From: Psammoneis japonica | Taxonomy: Eukaryota | Assembly: GCA_008632985.1 (NCBI GenBank) | Contig: QPGO01000066.1 | Coordinates: 327,771-391,770 of the forward strand | Length of the DNA: 64,000 nucleotides | Direction of reading: 5' to 3' | Part shown: positions 1 through 11,694 of the stretch, piece after piece | How positions within the stretch are numbered: position 1 is the stretch's first letter | How the letters are laid out: each line of letters begins with the position of its first letter | The notes under the pieces: model-generated | What the model was told of the DNA's origin: nothing | Databases searched by the model: none | What the model saw: the letters and a program-made list of their open reading frames with translations, nothing else | Program-made: the position numbers and the translations under genes

Positions 1-31
1 CTCAAACGTTTTTCTCATTTTTGTTTCTCAG

Positions 32-285
32 ATGTATGCGAGCGACTCCGTGTGGTTAACTTGGCCGTTTCATTGGGCTCAGTGGAGTCGCTATGTGAGC
101 ATCCTGCGTCAATGACTCATGCAATGGTCCCAAGGGAAGATCGGCTAGCTGGAGGTCTACATGATGGGCTCATTCGTATTAGTGTAGGTCTTGAACGAGC
201 CCAGGATCTCGTGGAAGATCTTCAAAACGCTCTCGACCTGTGTGACGAGGACGACATGGACACTGATGAACGTCTACAGGCTTGA
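32..285 (+). CDS. 3' terminal exon of a PLP-dependent Cys/Met metabolism enzyme (cystathionine gamma-lyase / methionine gamma-lyase family)
   Basis: Translation NLAVSLGSVESLCEHPASMTHAMVPREDRLAGGLHDGLIRISVGLERAQDLVEDL matches the canonical C-terminus of this family. Pyrimidine tract plus CAG acceptor ends at 31. TGA at 283-285. Confidence 0.9.
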
Positions 286-725
286 TACTTTGCATATATT
301 CAAGGTAAATCCATAGATAGCTTTCCTAAAGTACACGTACAATAATTATTTTGATAGGCTAGTTCATAGAGCACCTGCGCGGTAACAGGGCTGACTCTAG
401 AACTGAAGAAAGGCAGCGCCTTTGTGAATCCTACGATTCTCCTGGAGGGACTTAGCACTGCTGAAAGGGATCTACTCCAATCGGTGTAGCCACTGGGTAG
501 AGCAATGGCTCCCAGCAACTGACACCTGCAACATTAGCAGCCCCATTCGCCTGAAACACAAGACCACTGCGGCATCCCTTGGAGGCACACAAGTGGGCTG
601 CTGCGGACCGGCAGGGGTCTGAGGAAGTGTGACAGATGGAGTTGCAGTGTCCATGCCTTGCCGTTAGCTCGGCCATTGGCACATCCCCGCACCACCAGTC
701 AAATGGGAAGCACGCAACATCAACC

Positions 726-2254
726 TCAGGCACAGATTTGGGGAACCACCCGCGACAAGTGACAACAAGATGTGTAGTTTGAGCCATGTTTCTGCATGCA
801 ATGCTGGTGTGTCTTGGATGTGCAGCATTGATCCATAGCTCCGCCACAGTCGGTGTGCGGCGCCTGGAACATCGGATTGAGCGAAGATCGTGGCACCAGG
901 TGGAAGGCTGTTGTGGCCGCACACGAGCATGCAATGGTTTCTTGAACCAGCTGCTGGGGGATGCCAAATGCCAACTTCCTCTGTCCCTCTGGCAGCATTT
1001 CGGAGCACGCTCCATGCATTGCAGTGAGACAGTCCGCACCCGTGGCGGCAGAGAGGGAGTTGCAACCGTTGTCGTGGTGCCACAGTCCGTTGAAACTCAC
1101 GAGTCTTCTCATGATCAAGGATGTTGAACGGATCTCGTTGACTGCAGAATTCCCAACCATGCACGCAGCGCATCTGCTGTTTTTGGTCGAGCCTGCGCCA
1201 AGGTGCTTGCTCAGGCACACAACCTCTTGCATCCATTTCTTCTCGTCAATGCCAGTTGCCTTCTCGATTCTCTCCAAGGCAGCTTCAACTGCACTGCAGC
1301 GATTCGAAGTGATGTGGCACTTCCACCTGCATCTGAGAATGTTGAGGCCTTTTGAAAGCCATCCGCCGACTCCTCTCCATGCCGACATGAAGAGGCCCTC
1401 GATTGCCTTGATTGAATGCACTGCAACTGAAGAGGCAAATCCCAAGCCGGGGGCGGGAATGCACACGCCACCATTGCCTGTCGAGGGTGTTCCAAGGATC
1501 TCACAGCGGCAGAATGTTAAGCTGAAGCATGCAATGGCAGCAGATCCAGCTGCTTGGGCAAATTTATCGTGTGCGACGGCGTCAATGGCCGCTGGCATGT
1601 CACGGATGACTGCATGGTCGCAATCGCATGAAAACTTGCCCTTGGATTTGCAGCAGAGGTCACGCATCATGCAAACCCTGTCAACGGCGTTGTCAGGTTC
1701 TGGTTTGTTTAACTCGTCCCCACCATGCCCCAGGCCACACCATTTGCCACACGTGATGAGATCCCCAATCCCGTCGACCCCACCTGCAGGTGGCACCTTG
1801 AAATGGGTTTGTTTGGCAGGGCATGCACTGCTGTCCGGGCCGCCTGAAGCATCTCCAACCGCCACAGCTGCGGCATGCCTGGCCTCACACTGCTCGGGTG
1901 AGAGAGGAAGCACTGCAACCGGTTCGTCCATGGCGTTCGCAGAAATGGCTGGTTCGTCCACGGCGTTTGCAGAACCCTCCGGCAAACCTCTCAAATGGCG
2001 AGCATCGACGGCTGCGAACGAGAAAAAAGAAAATGAACAGGCTTGTCAAAAAGTGCCACATTCGAAAAAAGTCGACTCGCTGCCACTTGGACACCAGTTT
2101 GACGTACATGCAGTGCACTTGCATTTGTGGGCACCTCTTCCACCGAGTCTGAAACGTTGGGAAGCAATGTGAGACGACTCACTGATGGCTTTGCAAATGA
2201 TCCGCAAAGCCCAAAAGCTGCAAGGATGAGTCCTTTCTTCCAAATGAATCTCAT
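726..2254 (-). pseudogene. Secreted phospholipase A2-like gene damaged by TA->TG/CA hypermutation
   Basis: TCGKWCGLGHGG...PDNAVDRVCMMRDLCC...CDC corresponds to the sPLA2 pattern YGKWCGxGYxG...DxxDxCCxxHDxCY, with Y->C/H and catalytic H->R. Signal-peptide-like MRFIWKKGLILAAFGLCGSFA starts at 2254 and there is an acceptor near 2012 before VDARHLRG. Splicing and the true stop are uncertain. Confidence 0.7.
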
Positions 2255-2857
2255 CTTTCAATCGATGTTTTTTTCTCTTTCTCTTCAGTCGTTTTTTCAT
2301 TCTTTGTGTTTTTTTTTATGGCAACTCTTTGTGAACAGCATCTGCTTCTGCAACCAAAGGTGTCACAACAAATGTTTTGGGGCCGGGGTTCTCATTGTCA
2401 AATGTTTGCTTGATGGGATCAAGCGTCGCGCAAATGTGCGACATGATTGGTGAGGAATTCATCATCGTGGTCGTTGTGCCTCGGACGGATGTGTCCAGTG
2501 GCATCCGCACAAATCGCAGATCACTTGCAAATCCTGCGCACACCGCCCCGTGTGTGTGCGCATCACCATGTGTCGCAGAGCATCGAGAGGGCGCGGTGTG
2601 TTAGATGGAGAGAGAGGAGAAGTTGGGGGCAGTGGACTGAAGAAAGAAAACGTGAACACAGGACACTTGTGAGTGCAATGGGAATTGTGTTTAAGATGTG
2701 CAATCACGAATGTGAAAGAATTTAAAAAATTTTCAAAGAAGCGAAATTTAAGATCTTGCCGGTGCCACTGTTGGTCCTTGGGCAGTCGTTTTCTTTGGTG
2801 ATTTGTGGGGATTCGTGACCTGCAGCAGAGGATCAGGATTTGAAAAACCCAATGCTT

Positions 2858-3742
2858 TCATGGCAATGTCGCTAAAGGGAGGACCAGTGAAATAAATCGA
2901 AGTGAGTGCAGGGTTGTTGCAAGCCCAAGCCCTGTCCATTGCATCATTCCACAAACTCCGCCAATGAAATCTGCCACGTGATTGTCAACTGTGCATTTGT
3001 CCAGTGGCAGCAATTTGTCTGGAGGCGCTGGAGTGAAATCAAATGCGGCTGACATGGAAAATTGACCTGGGAATCGACTTTGCTCTTCTTGCATTTCGTT
3101 CAAATGATCCACCAGCAGCTTTCCAAATTTGCGCCTCAATTCATTGGTCGACAGAGGCACAATTCTCAGCCAGCACACACGATGCAAAGTTTTGCCAATC
3201 ATGTCATGTGGAGCAAGATTGGGACAAGGATGGCCGCTTTTGTCACAACGAGTTGCAATCATGCGGAACCCGTTTTTAAAACTCCAGCTGTTTGGGTCTT
3301 TCAGCTCTTCTCGTGCAGTGTTCATGAAGCCATCGGCAGCAGGTGTTTTTTCAACCCAACACAATTCAATGTCACCATGATTGTTTGAGTCGCTTGGAAC
3401 CTGAACAACACAAAGATGAGAGGCTTCACTTGCTTGGATGACACCGACATTGTCAATCTTTTGTTTCTTTGTTAACAAGTTCAGTGCGGTGGGTTCGGCA
3501 GAACGTTTTTGGTGCAGATCATTCTCACTGTCGGTGTTGGCAAAATCATTCATCATTTCCACTGTGGGTTTTGAGTGTCCATGTAAAATGAGATGCAGCT
3601 GTGATTGCCACAAAACATGCACAAGTCTTGTCAAAGGTGTGTCATTCGTGTTGCAAAAGGCAGATCTTGTTGCAGTTGTTTGTTGTGTTGCACGATTCCA
3701 AAGAAATTGTTGAATGTGCAGCTCATCTCGAAGTGTGAGCAT
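2858..3742 (-). pseudogene. Unidentified protein-coding remnant (hypermutated)
   Basis: 294-aa ORF with protein-like composition and no Tyr, divergent from the gene at 4192. No family recognised. Confidence 0.35.
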
Positions 3743-4191
3743 TGCTGGACAAATTGTGTGTTCGCAGCAGCAGACAAAAACAACAGTCCCCGCAAGACAG
3801 GTTGTTCTTTGTTGTTGACATGACAGGAATCACAACATCAATGATTGGATTCTGTGTGTGCTGAAGTCCCACATGTTTGTAAGAATCAACACTTTGATCC
3901 CGCTTGTGCACAACAGTGTTTGCAAGTTTGAAACAGTTGTGTCCCGGAAAAAGCAGTTTTAAAGCAAATTGATTGGTTGTCATCTGGTGTGAGGACAGGA
4001 AGTGCAAGAAAAAACATCGGCAAACAGCACTGGTCAAAAAGCAGCAGACGCAAGTCGTGGAAAGGAAGCAAGACTGAGAAAAAAGGACTTCAAAACAAGA
4101 TTCAAAAATGAAAGTGGCAGTTGTCTCACCTTGCGAGATGACAGTGTCACAATTCGGATGTGTTGTTTGTCAAAAGTCATGAGAGAACACC

Positions 4192-5826
4192 ATGCCTGAC
4201 TTCACTGAATGCTTGTCCGATTCGGCTCCACTTCTTGAGAGGGGGGAAGAGCACAATCTAACATGCGCCATTGGCACCATGACGTCTGGGCACACATTCG
4301 AACGAGATGGAAAGGTGGTCTTGTCAACATTGTTGGGCCTCAAACATGCAGCGCAAGGACAAGGCAGCAAATGTGTTTTGCATTGGAACACTCAATGCTC
4401 AACAAATGGAGCCGCTCGTCAAAGACAAAGTCAATCTGCTCCATGTGATTGCATTTTTTTCTTTGGCGATTTGCGTGATTCGAAGGGTCGATGCTTTGCG
4501 ATCATTTGCACTTCGCCTCGAGACAGCGATCAATTGTTTCGCCATGCAAAAGACAAAGCAGTGGGAGACAGTTTTCTCATTGTGGAGCCTGTCTTCACAA
4601 ACCATCTCTCACCAGGAGCTCCGATGTTGGAAACACGTCATCCGCTCCTGCCACTTAAAAATCCACAATCTCTGTTGCGCGAGATGCCGTTCCATCGTGC
4701 AGATCGGGGTGAGACACGTTTCTTTGCTTTGAAGCACAGAATTGTTGATTTTGTGTCAGCTTCGTCAGCTCAACATGACGCATCTTGTGGCGGAACGTTG
4801 TGCGACCGTCAGAGTGCAATTCCTGTCACCGGTTTGTGTGGTTGTTTCTACAAAGGACCTCCGCATGCAGTCGTCATGCAAGGATCTGTCACAATCTTAA
4901 CTGATCCCACCATTGCTGCATTCTTTAAGATTGTGAGGGAAGAAGACGGCAGTGAAGCAAGTGAAAATGCAAACAACAGCGGCGCGACGGATGGCGACAA
5001 TGAAGAAAACAATCATGGCAACAATGGGGATGACAGACGCGTTCCAGGTCCAGGTGGGACCTCGCACTGCTGAACTGTGACATCGACAGTTTTTTGAATC
5101 TCGTCGCATGTCGCGCATGTAGAATTCCACGTGATTTTTTGATGTTTTGTGTCATTTTACGGTGCACTTGTTGAGCGATCCGTCCAAAAACTTTTGACAT
5201 TTTTTGTTACAGCGCGATTCTACAATGTCTTAAAAATCGCGCAGGGCAGGTGCATTTGCAAAAACATCGAGTGGTGAGAGGCACAATTGCACCACAAACT
5301 TGGCCGTTTGTTTGATGTTGAAGATGAACACATCCATTGGTTAAATTCTCGCACTGCGGAGCTCGCACGTAGAATTCTGCGGGCCAAATGTCACACGGAG
5401 TCCCACCCAGGGCTGGAACGCGTCGACAACAATGACCACAACGAGTTGATTGTTGATGACATTGAAGAAAATCAGGAAGAAAACGACAACGAGAGAGAAG
5501 CAACATGCAACGGCAATCCAGATGGGGTTGATGTGCAAGCGCATGTTCCTGCTCGTCACGACATGTCGAATCGGTTGGCTGTTGTTGACTTTCGGAGTCA
5601 TCGACTGACCCAAGCGGTGTTTCGAAATCCTGTTTCAACGATTGATCCATCGAACTTTAACAGAGGACAATTTCGCACAAGCGTGAAACAGCTGTTTCAG
5701 TGCGTCAACGAACATGGTGGATGGACTGTGATTGCTTGGTTCCGTCAAGGAATGGTTGTGGACATGGGTGGCAACCGAAACGACGATGCTGACGAGACAT
5801 TCAGCGAAACTCAAAAGCTTGCATGA
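4192..5826 (+). pseudogene. Unknown Cys-motif protein (CxGxxCDRQ...CGC; GGWTVIAW) interrupted by a MITE
   Basis: ORFs 4192..5073 and 5287..5826 join in frame (GDD-N-NDHNEL, acidic/Asn linker) when 5036-5424 and one TSD copy are removed. Confidence 0.65.
5036..5424 (+). mobile_element. ~390-bp non-autonomous TIR element (MITE), copy 1
   Basis: Termini GACGCGTTCCAG...CTGGAACGCGTC. 4-bp TSD GACA at 5032-5035 and 5425-5428. Aligns end to end with 31598-31987. Confidence 0.92.
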
Positions 5827-6235
5827 GCTTTTTATTCCCCACTGCTGCCAACATACGAGGTGCAGCATTTCGTGCTCTGCAGCACAGGCAAGGCAACGCC
5901 AACGCACCCATTGTTGTTGACTGAGCAGTGCATCGGAAGATTCATGCAATGCATGATTGTACATCACAATTCTGCAGGTGTGTGTCTCAAAAGAATGACA
6001 GTGAGACATCGTGATGCATGTGCCAGCACAACAAGTCGTGCCCCATTTCATTGCATCGGCGCTCGTTTGGGCAAAGGTGCTGCACCATGCAAAATGTTCG
6101 CCTTTGTTTCATGCACTCTCTCTCTGCGTGCTGGCTAGAGCCCACCCGGAGCCGGCACTGTGTGTGAGACCAGTTGAGACACAGACATTGTTGTGTGTTT
6201 TTTTGTCCATTTTACAGGATTTAGATCTTCAGCCA

Positions 6236-6270
6236 GCCGGTGCAACGGTGCCCGGCACCGTTGCACCGGC
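6236..6270. repeat. Perfect 35-nt palindrome (17-bp arms)
   Basis: gccggtgcaacggtgcc-c-ggcaccgttgcaccggc. Confidence 0.85.
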
Positions 6271-7026
6271 ATTGTCATTTGGGGTTGTCCCATTCGTGGA
6301 ATGACTTGTGCACGACAATTGTGGGAAACAAGTGAGAGGCAGCATTTGTGGTTGTTTTGTTCGTGGAATGACCAATGACAAAAACAATGAGAATCCACGC
6401 AGGACAGGGCACTTGCTTTTGCAGTGCTGCGAATTGCTGAACAATTGTGCGACTCAAGTGCCCGAACGACGATTGTTGCTTCGGGCATGAAATTCGAGCT
6501 TCGCGCACGTAGAAACCATAGAAAATGTGCCAGCATTTGAGAATGTCCGATTTGTGTAGATCACGCAGCACAGCACCACGAGGTCATTTGATGAAATTCC
6601 CTCGACGACTCACACGACCACAATGAGATTTTCAACGCCATGTGCCATGCAGAATGGACATCTGCGTGAAGGGAGAATGTTGCTTCGGGCAATGACATTC
6701 GACCTTCGGGCACGTGAATCGCGCAATTGTCCAGCAATTCGCAGCGTGCAAGGCATGATGCATGTGTGGGACCGATGACTTGTGAGCCAGAAAGATTGTT
6801 GCCTTTGCAGCGAGTCTTTGCTGACATCTGGGACACACGGCATTTTGTCGCATTTGGCGACATTTTCTTAAATGAGTTGATTGTTTGTCGCGAAAAGACG
6901 CGAGCTGCGACAAAATGTCCGGGTTGGCGACAAACGGGACAGAAACATTGTCCAACCAAGTCACAAAATGATCAATGTCATTTACAACTAACCTGCACTT
7001 TGGCGATGTCGTTCAAACAAGTGGGG

Positions 7027-7680
7027 CAATTAACAGAATTTGGCGATCGATGTCATCGACGAAAATTCATCCGACAAAATTTGTCGCACCCGACAAATTT
7101 GTCGGATGTCCGACAAAATTTGTCAGCGTGCGACACGACAAGACACGACACGACAAGACACGACACGACACGACACGACACGTCACGACACGACGACTCA
7201 CGAATGAAACACCCACGCCCCCCACACACGCCAACCGCCAACGTCTCCATTGACACTGCCGGCATGTCTCTTTTGCACGATGATGCAAAGCGACGATCAT
7301 GCCGCTCTCGGCGGTCTCCATGCTCTCGTCAATGCCGGGACAACATGGTGCACTTCTGCACAGTGCAACGGAGTGTGCCGGCATGTGTTGCTGTGCTGTA
7401 CCTTTTGTCAGCACGACTGGGCACTTCTGAATGTTGGGGAGCGTTGCATTGTCGGCATGTCGCAAACGTCCGTCTGTCGGCGTTTGTCGGCTCTTGTCGG
7501 CTCTTGTCGGCGTTTGTCGTACGTTGTCGGGGTTTGTCGGGGTTTGTCGGGGCTTGTCGGGGCTTGTCGGGGTTTGTCGGATACGACAAATTTTGTCGGA
7601 CGTACGACATGTCCGACAAAATTTGTCGTATCCGACAAAATTTGTCGTACGTACGACAAAATCGCCAAAACATTAATTAA
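7027..7680. repeat. Inverted arrays of CGACAAAATTTGTCG near-palindromes with inner (CGACA)n and (TTGTCGG)n short repeats
   Basis: Motif clusters at ~7070-7125 and ~7580-7665. CACGA repeats 7131-7195 and 10-bp xxxTTGTCGG repeats 7475-7580. Outer ends AATTAA...TTTGGCGAT and ATCGCCAAAA...TTAATT are inverted. Confidence 0.8.
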
Positions 7681-8204
7681 TAAGTACAGTCTTCGCCGAA
7701 AGTTAAATTCATCATATAGCACTGTATTTGATATAACGTTTGTGTTTAGGACACGCCATCGCCAATAAAATGATGATTTTGTCTTATTTATCGCCAACGG
7801 TTGAAATTTGTCTCAAAGGGCGTTTTTCACGACAAATCGTCCAATTCATTTATGGGAATGTCGCAATTGGCGACAAAATGCCTGTGTCCCAGAGCAAAAG
7901 TCATTATTTTGACTTGGAAATGACTTATTATGGAATATTCTTTAAGTAATGGTATTATTGAGAATGACTTATTGTAACAGCCTTTTAAGTAATGTGGTTT
8001 GTTATTCAATAACTTATCATAAAAAAACCGAACGTGCCTATAAGTATTAGACATTGTGAAAAGTAGTACGTAAGTTTTGTATGGATCTGTACGGAGTGCG
8101 TATTTTGTGATCACGCTTTGTGCATGTAAAGGGCACTGCTGCATTTTCGCATTTTTGGAGTTATCGGAATCGAAATCGGGATCCGTTTGTTGTTTTAATG
8201 TTGT

Positions 8205-8517
8205 CCCAAGAGCTACTGGCTCGGGCATCGGGCTAGCTTCACTGCTACTTCGGTGGTTTCGGCTACAGTCACTCTGAGTTCTCGCTTTTAAGTGAGATCC
8301 GTTGTGAAGTTGGTCGGAAACAACTGCAAAACTACACACGTATATTGATGCCGGTATCCTAAATCTGTTGTCTTGTTCTAAAGTCGTCCCAAGAGCTACT
8401 GGCTCGGGCATCGGGCTAGCTTCATTGCTACTTCGGTGGTTTCGGCTACAGTCATTCTGTGTTCTTGCTTTTAAGTGAGATCCGTTGTGAAATTGGTCGA
8501 AAACAACTGCAGAACTT
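8205..8517. repeat. Direct duplication (~130 bp conserved, period ~183 bp) upstream of the 8534 gene
   Basis: tcccaagagctactggctcgggcatcgggctagcttca...aacaactgca occurs at ~8205 and ~8387. Confidence 0.85.
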
Positions 8518-8533
8518 TCTAAGATTTTCAGAA

Positions 8534-11500
8534 ATGGGTATACCTAGCATTCCATGGTACGGCGACGCTCCGAGGCCTCGATGGCCATCGGAACAACAAC
8601 CGGATTTAGTATTTGAGAAACCGAAAGCACCGTTCAAGTTCAAACCCGAGAACGTAAAACGATATGGATTACTTTCCAAAAAATGGAAGACGGAATCTGT
8701 CAACAGATTAGAGGTATCGGAAGCTGGGGCTTATACATTATGGGACGGACACAGTAAACCACACTGCCAAAATCCTCGTTCTGATCGTGGGAAGCTAAAC
8801 AAACTGGCAAAAGAAAAAGGTGTTCCTATCAATAGAATAAAAGGGACGTACATTGACCCTGGCGAGTTTGTGCACATTGACCATGAAAGCGATTATTGGC
8901 GTGATTGTTTTGCACCCCATTTGTCCAAGTTGGATATCAAGGGATTGGTTGACGACATATTGAAGTCTCATTCAGAAGATACTGGTGACCGTTTAAGAGG
9001 CAATGTCACTACAGGCGGTGGATATGCTTCACAAAACATACGGTTGAATGAAGAAGGAGTAACAGAACCTCAAGTCACTAAGGGGCTTAGGAAAGAGCAC
9101 GTAGAAACAATGTGTTGCATGTCTGACATACTTTATGATTGGGTAAAAGCTACTCCCGGATGGGACGAAGTACCGTTTACTGCAGACAAAAGGCGCAACG
9201 ATTACTTTGCTTCCAAACTTTGCGATAAATTTGGTCTCAACCGTATCAACAAGAACGGCAAGCAGGCACAACTGTTTGAGCACTTTACACTGGCTATGAC
9301 TTCGTTGGACGAGTTAGATCCTATTACCAAACTGGCTATATTGCTCGGATGCCATGTAGACGACTTGAATTGTAGGAAACAAAACTACAACGCTCTTATG
9401 TGTATATACTTTCATGTGTGCATTGATGGTGAGTTGTTACTATATTCTGTCTTTCATTTTTAATTCGTGCAATATACATGCTCTAACGTCGTTATTGAAT
9501 TATTTTCTATCAGGCAAATGGTATCGAATTTGTCTGATCGGATATAGTCGTCGTTGCTGCTCCGACTACTTCACTCGTTTAGCTGGCAGTGACGAATTTC
9601 TTCACCAGATGTTGAACTTCTTCCACTCCTTGCCCGAAGAGTATCGCCAAATCAATGCACGTTTCTTGCTACCATCACGTTCTGTTGGGGTTCACCATCC
9701 TTTCCCCAACATGAACAAAATGGTGTGGCACTCGGCCTTCGCCTCTGCCATACTGTGCGTGCTACGGTCTTGTCCAATCTCCATGGAGCAAGCTTGTGAG
9801 TTGCTCTTGCCAGTGGGATGGTTGACCACCCCCATTCAGATGTACGAAGTGTATAAAGGATGGGCGAAGAATGGTCTTCCCACCACCGGCAATCTCACCA
9901 AGGTGATCATCGATGAATGCGTGCGCCGTTATGGTGGGTTACTGCATGGCGACGGCAGTCGCTTGCAGCCAGCATTCAATTGCTCTACTACAGACGTGGC
10001 GATATATCGTGCATTGTTTACTCTTCTTCAATCTATTCGCAAGTCTAACGCTGGGGAGTTAGATTACGAAGGAGTAATCAAGCTTCTGACGCACCATGAC
10101 AAGAAGAATAACGTTCCAAATGTGATTGGTGTGAGGGATATTGGTGCACAGCATCTGGTTGCAGTCGGCAGCATTGTAGCCATGTACGAGGATGCAACGT
10201 TGGTGGAGCAAGCTCGGGTGTGTTCATCCACACGCACGTATAAGGTTGTCAACGAGACATTCGGAATTAGAGCTCCCGTGGTAAACGAATGTTACAAGAA
10301 GTTTGCTCGACTCACTGGTACAAATACAGCAGTGTCGGAGAATGTTGCTTGTGAACAACTCAGAACTTTGGGTGAAAATATAGACGGTGTGACGTCCGAG
10401 CTTGTCAAGAGTGGCATTTCTCAACGGATGCAGAAGAATGGCCACTGTTATCGACCCGACACTGTTCACCATGATCAATCGATCTTCGAAATTGAAAACG
10501 GCATTAGGATGGAATCCTTCAAGAAGTATCATTCGAATGAAGGAGAGGAGCACGATCTGGTGCGTCAGCCAATGGAACTTCCTCAATACAAGGTCAACAA
10601 GAGACTTGATATAGATTGTCCCTGGGTGCTGGGAAAGTTTGCATCCCTGAAACCAGTGGAAGTAAAAACTTCCGAAACATCCGTCCTCCCAGAAGATCGC
10701 AAGAAGAACGGTACTAGAAAGAAGAAGAGTGCCAAATTCAACAAAAACAGTCACTCTGGCATAGGAAGAAACTACGCATGGGAAGCAGCTCTTCGAGAAA
10801 AGATAGACAAGAATTCCAAGCTTGACTTTGAGATCACTAAATGTGAAGAGAATGATCGACCTTACTACACCAGCGTCAGTGAAGATCTCAAGTTAACGTT
10901 GACTCTCAGCAGACGAAGCGTGACTCGGAACTCGACGCGTCCCGACTTGGAAAGTATATTTGGAGCCAACCAATCAGACGGCACCTATCGAACAATAGAA
11001 TTGGCGAAATTGGCCATGACTAGTCTTGGTGCAGTAGCTTCTCGGAAAAGGAAAAGAGGGAAACGCCAATTGGTCCATTTTACAACCAATGAACAATTTG
11101 GTCGGGATCCTATTTTTACTGCCACTTTTAATTCTGTGCAACAAGTGCTTTTGCGGAAGAACTACCACGATTGCATTTTGCCATTGGAAGGACTGGTGGC
11201 ATATGAGAGAGATGTCGCGTTCTACCAGACACGTGCACAAGCCGAAGCCGCTGTCCTTCTGAAAGCTATCTTGTATCACACGTTAGGAACTAAGACGCGT
11301 TCGGAAACAAAGACAGATCCAAAATGGGCTATAGATTTTCTACCAGATTCAAGAATGAATGCTTTGGGTAGAGATTTTGTCGTGTTGCACACATGCACTA
11401 GTGCGGGTCATGGTAAAAACTCAAGAGCAGCAAATACATTGCTTGGTGTGCTATTCTTTCGAGGCGGATGCCGGATTTTGTCTATTCCTACCGACAAAAT

Positions 11501-11546
11501 GGATTTGAAAAGGATGTGGCAAGACTACTGTTTACAAAAGTTATAG
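8534..11546 (+). CDS. Intact two-exon ~975-aa protein (8534-9428, 9514-11546); candidate DNA base-modification enzyme with a TET/JBP-like 2OG-Fe motif set and an HhH/aG/PT-pyrophosphorylase-like region
   Basis: Intron 9429-9513 (GTGAGT...CTAAC...CAG) joins two long ORFs in frame. Motifs: CHVDDLN (HxDxxN), RICLIGYSR, VIGVRDIGAQHL and SENVACE. The gene model is well supported; the functional call is tentative. Confidence 0.6.
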
Positions 11547-11694
11547 TTGAAGTATGTAACCACCAGTAAATACTTGCCAATGGTTGAGCATTCAATGTTA
11601 TTGTATCGCTAACAATTGTTTCCGTATCCACAGGAATTGTCGTACAACTGCCTTTATAATGTGGCAAAATTGCAAGCTGGGGAAGGAATCGACA

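Noticed and set aside
961..2172. 403-aa plus-strand ORF
   Set aside because: Antisense to the sPLA2-like gene; it is open because TAA/TAG are depleted.
7060..7670. CRISPR array
   Set aside because: No regular repeat-spacer periodicity, no cas genes, and a eukaryotic context.
6727..7680. 317-aa ORF and overlapping ORFs
   Set aside because: Translations of simple repeats in stop-depleted DNA.
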